Shown here in pieces: positions 11,570 through 23,700 of a stretch of 38,145 nt of DNA. Source of the stretch: Callorhinchus milii (Eukaryota); contig NW_024704801.1 of the NCBI RefSeq assembly GCF_018977255.1, forward strand, positions 211,856-250,000, written 5' to 3'. The notes under the pieces are model-generated. The model was not told the DNA's origin. It did not search any database and saw only the letters and a list, made by a program, of their open reading frames with translations. The translations under genes were made by a program, and so were the position numbers. Every line of letters starts with the position of its first letter. Position 1 is the first letter of the stretch.

Positions 11570-12450
11570 GAGTGTTCCAAAAGCTCCCGAGTTGCGTTGA
11601 ATCCTATCGGCAGGTCGTGGTGTTTGTCTTGCGGGTTGTAGATGAGTTTCAATGTGGGGAAATGTGAGGTAATGCATTTTGTTAGAAAGAATGAGGGGCA
11701 ATATAGGCGATAATACAATCTTAAGGGGGTGAAGGAACAGAGAGACCTGAGGGGGGCAGGTAACTGAATCCTTGAAGGTGGAGGGACAGGGAGATAAGGC
11801 TGTAAAAAGGGCATATGGGATACTGGGCTTTATAAATAGGGGATAGAGTACAAGAGTCAGGAGGTGATGATTAACCCATAGAAACACTGGTTAGACCTCA
11901 GTTAGAACACTGCCCCAGTTCGGGGCCCCACACTATAGGAAGGATGTTAAGGTATTGGAAAGGGTATAGAGGAGATTTACGAGGATGGTACCAGGAATGA
12001 GGGACCGTGATGGTGAGGAAAGGCTGGAGAGGTTAGGATTATTCTCATTGGAGCAGAGAAGGTTACGAGGACCTGATAGAGGTCTTCAAAATCATGAGGG
12101 GATTTGATGGGATAGAAAGGGACAAACTGTTCCCACTGGTGGGTGTGTCGGGGACTTGAGGTCATAGATTCAAAATAGTCTCTAAAAGAAGCCGAGTGGA
12201 GGGGAGAAGACATGTTTTCACGCAGCGAGTTGTTGGAATCTGGAACATTGCCTGAAAGGGCGGTCGAGGCCGATTCCATAACTACTTTTAAAACTGCGGT
12301 GGACGGGTATTTGCGGAGGACGGGTTTGCAGGTTATGGGGAAAGGGCCGGGAGTGGGACTGACGTTATTTGCTCCATTCAGAGAGCGGCACAGACTCGAT
12401 GGGCCGAATGGCCTTTTTTGTGCTGTACAATTCTATGATTCTATGATCAA
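11570..12450 (+). mobile_element. CR1 LINE 3' fragment (degenerate ORF2 C-terminus + 3' UTR)
   Basis: gatgagtttcaatgtggggaaatgtgaggtaatgcattttg (MxFNVxKCxVMHF motif), gatgggccgaatggcc hairpin, (TTCTATGA)n tail. Confidence 0.88.
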
Positions 12451-12601
12451 AGGTTGAACTGTACTTTCTGATGATTCATGTAGATCATTTAGCAGGATTT
12501 GCTCAATCAGTGACCCACCAATAGGTGGACGTTTTAGAAGCAATTGGGCATTGCTGAGTTTAGATTGAGGTTGGTTAAGGAAGTTGGAAATTGATATGGT
12601 T

Positions 12602-12931
12602 ATAATAATAATAATAATCCTTGCATTCGATACTGCGCCTTATATCTTTTAGACATCTGAAAGCAAAATATACCGTGAACTGAATTGACTGTATATTTTG
12701 TGGACAAACTTAGGGTCAACTTCCCACAAACAGTCGTCAATTGAGTGACCACATTATTTTCTTTTTTGGAGGGATTATAACCCCCAGAAAAGCGATCCAC
12801 TAATTGACAGAGGCGTGTGTGGGGTGTAAGGAAACTTGCCTAATGTTTTGCCCTGACCTGACCCGTCCGGGAATCAAACCCAGGGCCTCTCGCTTACGAG
12901 GCGAGCGCTCTAACCACTGAGCTACAGGACT
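12602..12931 (-). mobile_element. tRNA-SINE
   Basis: Ends ctctcgcttacgaggcgagcgctctaaccactgagctacaggac, the reverse complement of the head. Confidence 0.9.
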
Positions 12932-13439
12932 TGTAGAAATAAATCAGAACCAACAAAGAAACAGTTCATCATTAGGACCTGATTAAGGTTTGACTATCCG
13001 GATGGTGTCATCCTCTATTGCACCACAGCTCGAATTTATCTTTTGTTTGGCAGAGGACTGTGTTTACAAGTCATTGCTTGACATCAATATCAAATGAGGG
13101 CAGCCCTTGCGGTATAGAGACCATGTGACTGATCTTTACCTTTGTGCCTAATGATAAGAATCTCGGTACAGGAGGAAGGGCAGTGAGCGCCGAAGCACTG
13201 CCACGGAACTATAAATCCTGAATAATCTTTGCGTTTTATACAGTGCCTTTGACATCGGGAGGAAGTCGCAAAGATTTGATTTGGGCTGGAGATTATATTC
13301 AGTCGAAATAGCTCCACACACTCTTGTTTCTATCGACAGCGACGTGCTGAGACCTGGCTGCCAGAGTAGGTAGAATGGGTGAAAGTTTGCCATTTGTATT
13401 CACAGTCCTGGCCTCAGGTGTATACCTGATAAGATCCTG

Positions 13440-13928
13440 ATATTTATCAGGATGGTACCAGGAATGGGGGACCTCAGTTATCAGGAGAGGCAGAGAAGCC
13501 GGGATTATTCTCCTTGGAGCAGAGAAGGTTAAGATGGGACTCAATAAAAGTTTTAAAAATGATGAGGGGATTCGATAGGGTGAACAAGAAGAACCTATCC
13601 CCACTGGTGGGTGGGTCGGTAACCCGAGGACACTGATTTAAAATAGCTGTTGAAAGAAACAGAGGGGAGGAGAGGAGAAATGTTTTCACACAGCGAGTTG
13701 TTGGGATCTGGAATGCATTGCCTGAAAGGCCGGTGGAAGGCGATTCCATCACAACTTTTGTTGTTATCGACAAGAAGTAGATAATTATTTGGGATGGACA
13801 AGTTTGTAGGGGTGTGGGGAGAGCGCGGGGGAGTGGGATTGATTTGGAAAACCTCTTTTCAAAGAGCCGGTACAGATACGATGGGCCGCACGGCCTCCTT
13901 CTGTGCTGTATAATTCTATGATTGTATG
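13440..13928 (+). mobile_element. CR1 LINE 3' fragment
   Basis: Similar to 11975-12450, with ttctatgattgtatga tail. Confidence 0.85.
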
Positions 13929-13984
13929 ACAAAGGGTGAGGCAGTTGTTATGCAACTTTCCGGTGTAGTTTCATGTCTACACAT

Positions 13985-14355
13985 TTCACATAGGAATAGG
14001 AGGCGGCCATTCAGCCCCTCGAGCCTATTCCACCATTCTATAAGATCGTGGCTGAACTGTACCTCAGCTCCATTTACTTGCTTTTGCCGCATATCCCCTG
14101 ATACACTGACCTAACAAATGTCTGTCCACCTCAGTCTGGACAATGTGAGTGGATCCAGTCATAATCCATAACCTTTTGGGAGAGGGAGAGAGAGGTCCAG
14201 CTTTCCACTACCTTTTGAATGTGGGTGAAAAACTACCTCCTGATTGTCACTCCTAAATGCCCGGGCTCTAATTTTAAGATGATGCCCCCCTTGTTCTGGA
14301 TCCCCTCCCACCCACCGGAGGAAATAGTTTCTCTCTATCTACTCTATCGAACTCC
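13985..14355 (-). mobile_element. CR1 LINE 3' fragment, reverse
   Basis: ggaataggaggcggccattcagcccctcgagcct... is the reverse complement of a CR1 3' end. Confidence 0.7.
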
Positions 14356-14429
14356 ACAATGGGTGGGTCATATCAGTAGGAAGTAGTAGCTATGTTACAT
14401 TTACACAAGTTACAACTCACTCCTCGTCT

Positions 14430-14700
14430 GTGTCCTGTTCAGTTGGACATTAAAGATCTCCTGCAGCGCTGTTGGGAAAAGCGGAGGGCGTCTCCCAGTG
14501 TCCTGGCCATCAACCCCCAGATAAAATTGACCACGGCTGTTTGTGGGTCATCGCTGTGTGGAAATTGGTTGCTGCGTTTCGCCCACAAAAAATCAGTCAC
14601 TACAACTTACAGTAAGATTCTGTGAAATGCTTTGAGAAATCTCTACACATCAAATGCACCAAATCAAATGCAAAGATTATTATTGATTATAATAATAATT
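14430..14700 (+). mobile_element. Older DeuSINE (SacSINE1/AmnSINE-like) fragment
   Basis: ggacattaaagatctcctgcagcgc...cccagtgtcctggcca...gctgtttgtggg..gctgtgtggaaattggttgctgcg resembles the Deu domain as I recall it. Confidence 0.6.
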
Positions 14701-15068
14701 AACGACTGCATTAGGGTGATCAGAAAGAGTGGCTGAAGCCAACTCTAACCCTAACCCAATCTTCAGCTGCCTGAACCTTCCCTTCCCCACGCCTGAGTCA
14801 CTAGTGATTATATCACCACCCTGATTTACAATGCAAACTATCCTCGATTCCAAATTGATTTGTTTCTCAGGAATGTTTTTAAGCAATAGTGGAATTGATT
14901 ATAAACAGCCGCACCCCGACTGTTACTAGCCAGGGTTGTGCACTTACAGGATTTCGTAAAAACACCAATGATTCATTTGTTTCATGAGAGAATTATTGCT
15001 GTTATCTTAAGTCCAAATCCCTTTCTGCATTCAGATGGATGTGCTGAGGAAGGTTTGATTGCCCCATC

Positions 15069-15390
15069 TGGAGTCCTGGAGCTCAGTGGTTAGAGCACTG
15101 CCTCGCAAGCGAGAGAACCTGGGTTCGATGCCCAAGCAGGTTAGGTCAGGGCGAAACATTGGGCGAGTTTCCTTACTCCATACGGGGGTAATAATCCCTT
15201 TAAAAATAAATAATAATTTGGTTATTCAATCCAAGACTGTTTGTGGGACACTACTGTGCGCAATTGACTGCTGCATTTCGCTCACAAAACACAAAACATT
15301 ACACTTTGCAGTATATTCTGTGAAGCTCTTTGAGACATCTCAAAGACGTGATATGGCGTTGTATCAAATGTAAATATTATTATTATTATC
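15069..15390 (+). mobile_element. tRNA-SINE
   Basis: ggagtcctggagctcagtggttagagcac head through tattattattat tail. Confidence 0.88.
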
Positions 15391-15534
15391 ATCTTGTGAC
15401 ATAGGAGGGTTGTGTCGTGTAGAAGCTGTGCTCACTGCAATCCAACTGATACATTACGAAACAGCCATCAACTCATAAACTTTAAAAAAAAAGGTAATTA
15501 GGCTGGAATCAGTCCACACCTATAATTTACATAC

Positions 15535-15985
15535 AGAAATTTACAAGAATCAGACCAGAGATGAGGAACTAGAATTATACAGAGCGACAAGAGAGGCTGG
15601 GATTGCTCTCCTTAGGGCAGAGAAGGTTGAGAGGAGATTTAATAGAGGTGTTCAAAAGTATGAGGGGTTTTGATGGGAGTAGATGGGGAGAAACTGTGTC
15701 CTCTGGCGGGTGGGTCGGTAAGCAGAGGACACAGATGGAAAAAGAACCCGGAGGGGAGACGAGGACTCAATTTTACCCAGAGAGCTGTTACGGTCTGGAA
15801 TGCACTGCCTGAAAGAGTGGTGGAAGCAGATTCGATAATAGCTTTCAAAAGGGAATTGGATAAGCACTTAAAAAGGAACGATGTGCAGGACTATGGGGAG
15901 AGAGAGTAGGCAAGCGGGACTAGTTGGTCGCTCTTTCAAAGATGAGCCGAATGGCCTCCTTCTGTGCTATAGGTTTCTATGAATT
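15535..15985 (+). mobile_element. CR1 LINE 3' fragment
   Basis: LSLGQRRLRGDLIEVFK and RAVTVWNALPERVVEADSIIAFKRELDKHL peptides, frameshifted. Confidence 0.88.
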
Positions 15986-16059
15986 TACGTTCTTATAGCA
16001 GAAGCTGGGAAGGCAGGGTAAGGGGCAGGAAGTGGCTCACGGCTGGGTTGAGAGATAAT

Positions 16060-17420
16060 GTAATAATAATCCTTGCATTTGACATAGCATCCTATCATAT
16101 CTTCAAGACGTCTCAAAGCCCTTCACGCAATGTACTGTAAAGTGAATTGACTATATTTTTGTGGGCGAAACCTGGCAGCCGATGGCGCACAGCAGCGTCC
16201 CACAAACAGTCGTGGATTGAGTGACCAAATTATTATTATTATGTCATAGCTATGAGATATGGGCCGCTGTTGTCATACTCCCGACACCCTAAATCCCCCC
16301 TCAATGCCTCCAAATGCAGTACATTTCCTACCCTTTTTATTGGTAAGGAAACACCTTGTCCCACTCACTGAAATGATTCAAACTGAGAAAATGACCTTTA
16401 TCACTTGGTCCAGTTAAAACACTGGGAGGGTGTGGATCAAATAAATGTTAAAATAAAAGCTCACGCACGCTCAGCTGTATACGTGGACAACAATGTTCAG
16501 GGAAATAAAACAATTTATTACTGGTGAACAAAAAAGGAGAGAATGGGTGTGCGTATACTGAAGTTTTTATGGCTGAATGTGACAGTTTCCAAGGCAATAA
16601 TGTTCACTGCAAAAACACTCTTCTAAACAGGGCAGAGAGCACAGTAAGATACGAGGCTTCACCACATCAACATGTATTTGCAATAATAATAATGCCTGCG
16701 TTTTATCGCGTCTTTGAGGCGTTTCAAAGCGCTTCACAGAATATCCTGTAAAGTGAACTGACTGTATATTTGTGGGCGAACGCGGCAGCCAATTGCGCAC
16801 AGCAATGTCCCACAAACAGTCGTAGATTGAAAATGACCAATTTATTATTGTTTTGTTTTTTTGGAGGGATTATTATTATGGCTCTGTGTGGAGTAAGGAA
16901 ACTTGCCCGAGGTTTCGCCCTCTGCCTGGGATTGAACTCAGGTCTCTCGCTTGCAAAGCGAGTGCTCTAACCACTGAGCTACAGGACTCGCATGAGCTAC
17001 GTGCGAAGGGGGTAATTACAATTTATATAACAAAGTGCATCAGGATTCAGAGACCATTTATTACAGAGTTCCCAGTGTTCAGAAATCACCAATATCAGGG
17101 CATCTTTGCAGAATATATTGTAAAATAGGTTGACTGTATTTTGTGGGTGAAACGCAGCAGCCAATTGAGAACAGCAGTGCCCCACAAACAGTCGTGGATT
17201 GAGTGACCAAACTAGTATTAATTTTTCTGAGATGGATTATTACTCCCGCAAAGCAATCAGAGGGAGAGGGAATTTTCTGAAGTTGTGGTTTCACCTTTGA
17301 TTCTTAATAGTAATAAAAATAATAATAATAATCCTTGCATTTGATTAAGCGGCCTATCACGTATTCGAGACGTCTCAAAGCGCTTCACAGAATATTGTAC
17401 ATTTTGTGGGCGAAACCTTA
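16060..17420 (-). mobile_element. Cluster of minus-strand SINE copies/fragments (~16060-16240, 16683-16990, 17110-17250, 17320-17420)
   Basis: Repeated tccttgcatttga...aagcgcttcac...cccacaaacagtcgtggattgagtgacc. Confidence 0.85.
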
Positions 17421-17469
17421 ACAGGTTCTGACTTTCCAATACAGGCTCTTTGACTTGTGTCCCTGATTA

Positions 17470-17714
17470 CCAAATACCCTATTGAGATATCTAGTTCACC
17501 CAAAATACCCTTTGAGATAAGAGCTTTTTTTTTTAATATGTCTTTTTAACTGACACGCCTCGAGCTTGCAATTTACCTCCAGCAAACGTCATAGAGGCCA
17601 ACCACCGCAATCAACCTTTGATCAAGTATCCCCCCTTTGCCTATATATGCAGAAACAACTGTCACCATTTCCCATCTAGCTCCTAGCAGCGCACTGATTA
17701 GGATATATTTAATT
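17470..17714 (+). promoter_or_regulatory. Proximal promoter/5' UTR of the ZAN-like gene
   Basis: TATATAT 17642-17648 about 70 nt before ATG 17715, CCTTTGATC (TCF/LEF consensus) 17615-17623, AGATAA 17515-17520. Confidence 0.45.
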
Positions 17715-17794
17715 ATGAGGAGCTTAAAGTATTATAAATCAGAAATTATTATCACAGTTGCTCTATGTGTTATTGGACTTTCATCGGGAGCCAG
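17715..17794 (+). CDS. ZAN: ZAN-like exon 1, signal peptide
   Basis: [26 protein letters not shown], donor CCAG|gtaagt, phase 2. Confidence 0.85.
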
Positions 17795-20700
17795 GTAAGT
17801 GTACTCCTGCATTGAATTTTTTTTATCGTTGTTTGTGAGAGCTGTAGATTTATATGAAATTTGGTCTGATTTTAATAATAATAATAATAATAATAATCCT
17901 TGCAATTGAGACATCTCAAAGCGATTCACAGAGTAAAGCGAATCGACTGTACATTTTTGTGGGCGAAGCACAGCAGCCAATTGCGCACAGCAGTGTCCCA
18001 CAAACAGTCGTGGATTGAGTGACCAAATTATTATTTTATTTATTTTTTGGAGGGATTATTACCCCCGGAAAAGCGATCGGGGTCCTACTTACTGCTCGGT
18101 GAGCAGAGGAGTGTGGAGTCAGGAACTTTCCTAAAGTTTCACCCTACCTGGTAATCGAACCCATATCCTTCGCTTGCGAGGCGAGTGCTCTAACAAATAA
18201 GCTACAGGAATCCACACTGGGCTTGTAAATACATATCGGTGCAGTTTTATTGAAGTCAAATTGGAATATGCCCTTCAATGATTAATTTGGAGATAAAGAT
18301 TCTGAATCCAGTCTGTAAAATAAATAGCAAAATTCTCTGTTAAATGGCCACAGACTGTCTTTGAGATTAATTGAATGAATAATAATAATAATACTTGCGT
18401 TAACTCGGTTGTTGAAGGTATATTTTGTGTACTATTGTAAGTGCCATATTAAATGTAACAATTATTATTAATGATCACGTCAAATAGTTTGTCATAAAAT
18501 TTTAAGGCAGTTGAAATCATAAGATTTGCTGCTAATAACTAGATGTATTTCTTTTTGTTGGATGACTTGGTTATATAATGCACTCTTTCCCACAAAGAGT
18601 ACAGTTAATTCATTTTACAGTATATTCTGTGAAGCGCTTTAAGACGTCTCGAAGATGTGATAAGGTGCTATGTCAAATACAAGGACTATTATTATTATTG
18701 CCCGACAACACTACTATGTAAAACGCTAATAGTGTGGGCTACATAAAACACTGAAGCTTAGGATAAAAACACTTGCAATTCTTTGGAGGTGATAAGGGTA
18801 TTAGTAAGCTCACCTCGTCGGGCCAGTGAAGAACCCACGTTTACCAGAATCAAAGTTTGTCTGTAGGTCCAACAAAGCAGTTTAATCACATATTGACAAG
18901 TGTCTGAATATCATGATTCATACATTTGATATAGTGCCTCATCACATCATTGACACGGCTCAAAGCGCTTCACAGAATATGTGTTGGTCGATTCGCTTTC
19001 CAGGATAATAATTCCTTCATATAAAAAAAATTTGGTCACTCAATCTAAGACTGTTTGTGGGACAGTGCTGTGCACAATTGGATGCCGCATTTCGTCCACA
19101 AAATATAGTCAATTCACATTACAATATATTCTGTGAAGCACTTTGAGGAGTCTCGAGGTTATTATTATTTTTACTTACCTTAAGGGATTATAGATAATCA
19201 CTGTTGTTTTCTCCACAGACCAAGAAAACCACCAGACAGAAATTCACATGGGAAAGTAAACGTTTCAGAGCTCTCCAGTACTAACTCAGGTCAGTACAGT
19301 ACAGGCTTGGAAATATAGAGGAGCGATCAGATAAACTGGGCATGTTCAAGCTGAAGAGAAGTGGTGATATGATTACGGTCTTTAAGATTCTGAAGGGACG
19401 ATAATGTAGACCTTGATAAGCTGTTTTATCGTGTACTGAACAGTAGAACCTGAGGACATGGGTTGCAATTGAAGGGGGGGTAAATACAGAACAAATCTGC
19501 GGGAACACTACTTCTGTGAGTGAGTAGTAAGAGTGTGGAACAGGTTCCCGGGTGGAAGCAGGAAGTGTTGTTTGTTTCAAGAACAAATGAGATAGATTTC
19601 TGCTAGAAAATAATACCCGGGGGAGACAGTATTATAGTTTGGGACACAACATGTCAAGTGACTGCCAGGATGGTGGAAGGCGAACTAGATGGAACTTTTA
19701 GTCTTCTTCGCCTAGCAAATTCTTATATTCTTATATGACCGAAGGTCCTAAGGGAAATATTTCAACATGGAGGGGAGCATTGAGAGTTTTGGGAAGGGCT
19801 GGGTGGTGCATATTAGACTCTGGACTTACACCCAACCTTGGATGAATGCTCCATCTTTGTGATATCTGTTAAAGGTCACAACCTGATCTCCACCACATAA
19901 CCAAATTGCCCACAGCTTTACTACAGCCAATCTGACTCATCAGTAGAGTAGCGTAGACAGGGAGAAACTGTTTCCTCTGCGGGTGGGTCGGTAACCAGAG
20001 GACACAGATTTAAGATAATTGGCAAAAAAATCAGAGAGGAGTCAATGAGACATTTTTTTACCCAGAGAGTTGTTAGCTCTTTCAAAGGGCCAGCACAGGC
20101 ACGATGGGCCGAATGGCCTCCTCCTGTGCAGTAAGATTCTATGATTCTATGATTAACCCAGAATTTCAATCCTGAAATACTTTTGCCTTGATTCTGTAAT
20201 GACTTGATAAACGGTAAACTTGCAGCCCAATTGCAAACCGATCCCAATACATAACTTGTTTTAGTTTCTGCCGTACGTGTTGGTATATTGAACCACTCCT
20301 ATAGTTAATGGCGGGTAAAATTCAGAACAAATCTATTCACCCAGCAAATTTTTATGTTCTTATCTTATAGATATTCTAACGTTCTGTGATTTCAATGACA
20401 ATTCAAAGCCACTCTGTGAGTGGTCTCAAGCAACGAATGATCAAGGAGATTGGAAACGAATTTCTGGCTCAACCCCAACTGAAATCACAGGTCCTGAGGG
20501 AGATTATCCAGATGGAAGTAAGTGACTAACGCTAATTGAGAAGATATTCTGAATATAATCCTAACAACCCAGTGATTCATTTGATTTTATGAGTCCTGTA
20601 AGATAGTGGTTAGAGCACTCGCCAAGCAAGCCAGAGGACTTGGGTTCAATTGCCGGGCGGATCAACGTGAAACCTTAGGCAAATTTCCTTATTCCACACA

Positions 20701-23700
20701 CAAGCCTCTGTTTACCTAGCGGTAAGTAGGAACCCAGGTGTTCGTCGATTGGCGGATCGCTTTTCCAGAACTAATAATCCCTTCAAAAAAAAAAAAAATT
20801 TGGTCACTCAACCCCGACTGTTTGTGGGACACTGCTGCCGCGTTTTGCCCACAAAATATAGTCGATTCACTTCACAGTGTATTCTGTGAAGCGCTTTGAG
20901 ACATCTTGAATATGCGATAAGGCGCTGTGTCAAATGTAAGGATTATTATTATTATTGATGATGAGCAGAAAAGAAGTGAAATGATCCAATAAATGAACGG
21001 TTGGAGTGAGTGACCAGACATCATTGTGTTTGAATTGCAGCTGGTTATTATATCTACCAAGAGGCTGATGATTTCACTGACGGCCAGGCTGCCAAGCTGA
21101 ACAGCCCATCTGTGACAGTATCGGGAGATGTGTGTGTACAGTTCCGATATTTCATGTATGGAATTGATTCAACCAATGCTCTGAATGTCTACGTGGAAAC
21201 GTCGACCATCGAGAAGAAATGGAGTTCAAAAGGAATACAGAGTAATGTTTGGTTACTTGGAACAATCGATCTCAACTACATGACGTCAACTAGTATAAAA
21301 GTAAGGCAGTTTGAATTAACTATTTCTTAGTTGCTTTATTTTTTTTATACCACCATTGGCGGTCAGGCCTTCAGCCTCTCTGCCCCCCACCTTTTGGAAC
21401 TCAATCCCACAGTCCTTTCGCCTCACTCCCCCTCTTGCCTCCTTCAAGGCACATCTCAAGACCCTCCTCTTCGGTCGTGCCTTCCACCACTCTCCTACCC
21501 CTACCCTCCCTGCACTCTACCCTTCTTGATTCAACCCCCCACTCGGGTCCAAATCTCTGACTGTCCAGCGTCTTGGGACAAAATGAAAGATGCTGCGTAA
21601 ATGTCATTTGTCGCTGTTACTACTTTGTGTGAACTGCCTTACTTGTGTGTAACACTCTGCCTAATACAACAGGTGATTTTTGAATCTGTTCGAGGGGCCA
21701 CGAATTCAGCTGACAGTGCTTTGGACAATATTTTGATCCGGAGAGGAACCTGCTCCGGTAAGTTTTGTTTCTGGAACTGGCTTGAGTTGCTGATTCTTAT
21801 CGTGTTATTTAAGAATTGGGATGTTGGAATGAGGAAAGGGCACTCAGCTCACCAGCACGTAGATTCTGACCAGACCAGTTTTCATGCTTCCCTTAACCTG
21901 AACCCATATCCGCTTGTGAGGTACTTGCGTGGAGTCCTGTCGTGTAGTGGTTAGAGCACTCACCTCGCAAGCAAGAGGAGCTGGGTTCGATTCCCGGGTG
22001 GGTCAGGGCAAAACCTTAGGCAAGTTTCCTTACTGCACACACACGCGCGCCTGATCACCTAGCAGTAAGTAGGAACCCGCTTGTTAGTCAATTGGCGGAT
22101 CGCTTTTCCAGCGGAAATAATTCCTTCAAAAAACATAATAATTTGGTCACTCAATCTATGACTCTCATTGACGGCAAAATAGCATGTGTGGAGTACATGT
22201 TTTTCTTCCAACAGGTTGCATCCACAGCTGTGGGTTTGATGAAATGGACAATCTGTGTGGCTGGACTAATGAGGGTTTGGCATTGTGGGAACAATGGTCA
22301 GGGGAGACTGAGACTGACGGCACTGGGCCAGATGATGACCACTCTAAACCAGGCCGTAAGTACCATTTATTCCACTCCATCTTCTCCTCTTTCGTTTGTC
22401 TTCGAGTCTTGTAACTTATTGGTTAGAGCGCTCATCTCGCAAGTGAGAGGACCTGGGTTTGATTCCCGGGTGGGTTGGGGTGAAACTTTCAGCAAGTTTC
22501 CTTACTCCACGCACACGCCTGTTTCCCAGCAGTAAGTAGGAACTTGCTTATTAGTTGATTGGCAGATTGCTTTCCGGGGATAATAATCCTTTAAAAAAAT
22601 TATAATAATTTGATCACACAATCCACGATTGTTTGTGGGACACTGCTGGGCACAATTGGCTGCCACTTTTCACCCACAAAATATACAGTCGCATTTTACA
22701 GTCTACCTGTGAAGCGTCAATTCAGTTTACAGCATATTCTGTGAAGCGCTTTGAGACGTCTGGAAGACGTGAAAAGCGCTATATCAAATCCAAGGATTAT
22801 TATTATTATTATGAAGTGCTTTGCGATGTCTCTGGGATACTATCCCACATGAAGGGTGCTATATAAATGCAAGTTGTTGCTGCTGCGTCGTCTCAAAGAC
22901 GTGATAAGGCGCTATATCAAATGCAAGGATTATTATTATTCAGTACTTTACATTTGATTCTATTTTATTGCCTGTTTCTTGCAGTTGGTAAATATTTGTT
23001 GCTGGACTCCGCCTGGACGAATCCCGGGGACATCAGCCTACTAAAGAGTACAACCTTCACTTCAAGCGAGTGCCTGACATTGTCATTCTATTACTACATG
23101 TTTGGCACTGCTACTCAAATGAAGCTGAATGTGTATGCACAGAAACAAGGCAAGTACGGAGTGGAGGACAGTTGTATGTACATGTCCTCAGTTTGTAACA
23201 GCTCAGCCGAAGGATGGCAACTCCAGCACTACATTGTGGAGCCCTGCAGCTTAGTGTCTTGGGACGTCCTCCTGACATAAAAGGCGCTATGCAAATGTAA
23301 TCTTGTTGTTGTTGCAGTGGTTAGAGCACTCACCTCGCAATCGAGAAGACCTGGGTTCGATTCCCGGGAGGGGCGAAATGTTACACAAGTTTCCTTACTC
23401 CCCGCACACGCCTATTTTTACCTAGCAGTAAGTAGGAACCCAGTTGTTTGGCGGGTCACTTTTCTGGGGGGAATAATCCCTCCAAAAAATTGTAAAAATA
23501 CATGTTAAAAAATAATAATAAGTTAGTCTCCCAATCCACGGCTGTTTGTGGGACACTGCTGGGTGCAATTGGCAGCCACGTTTTGCCCACAAAATATATA
23601 CAGTCAATTCACTTTACAGTATATTCTGTAGCGCTTTGAGGTGTCTTGAAGATGTGCTAAGGCCCTGTATCAAATGCAAGGATTATGATTATCATTATTT

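Noticed and set aside
14744-14760. ctaaccctaaccc telomere-like motif
   Set aside because: Only two units, expected by chance.
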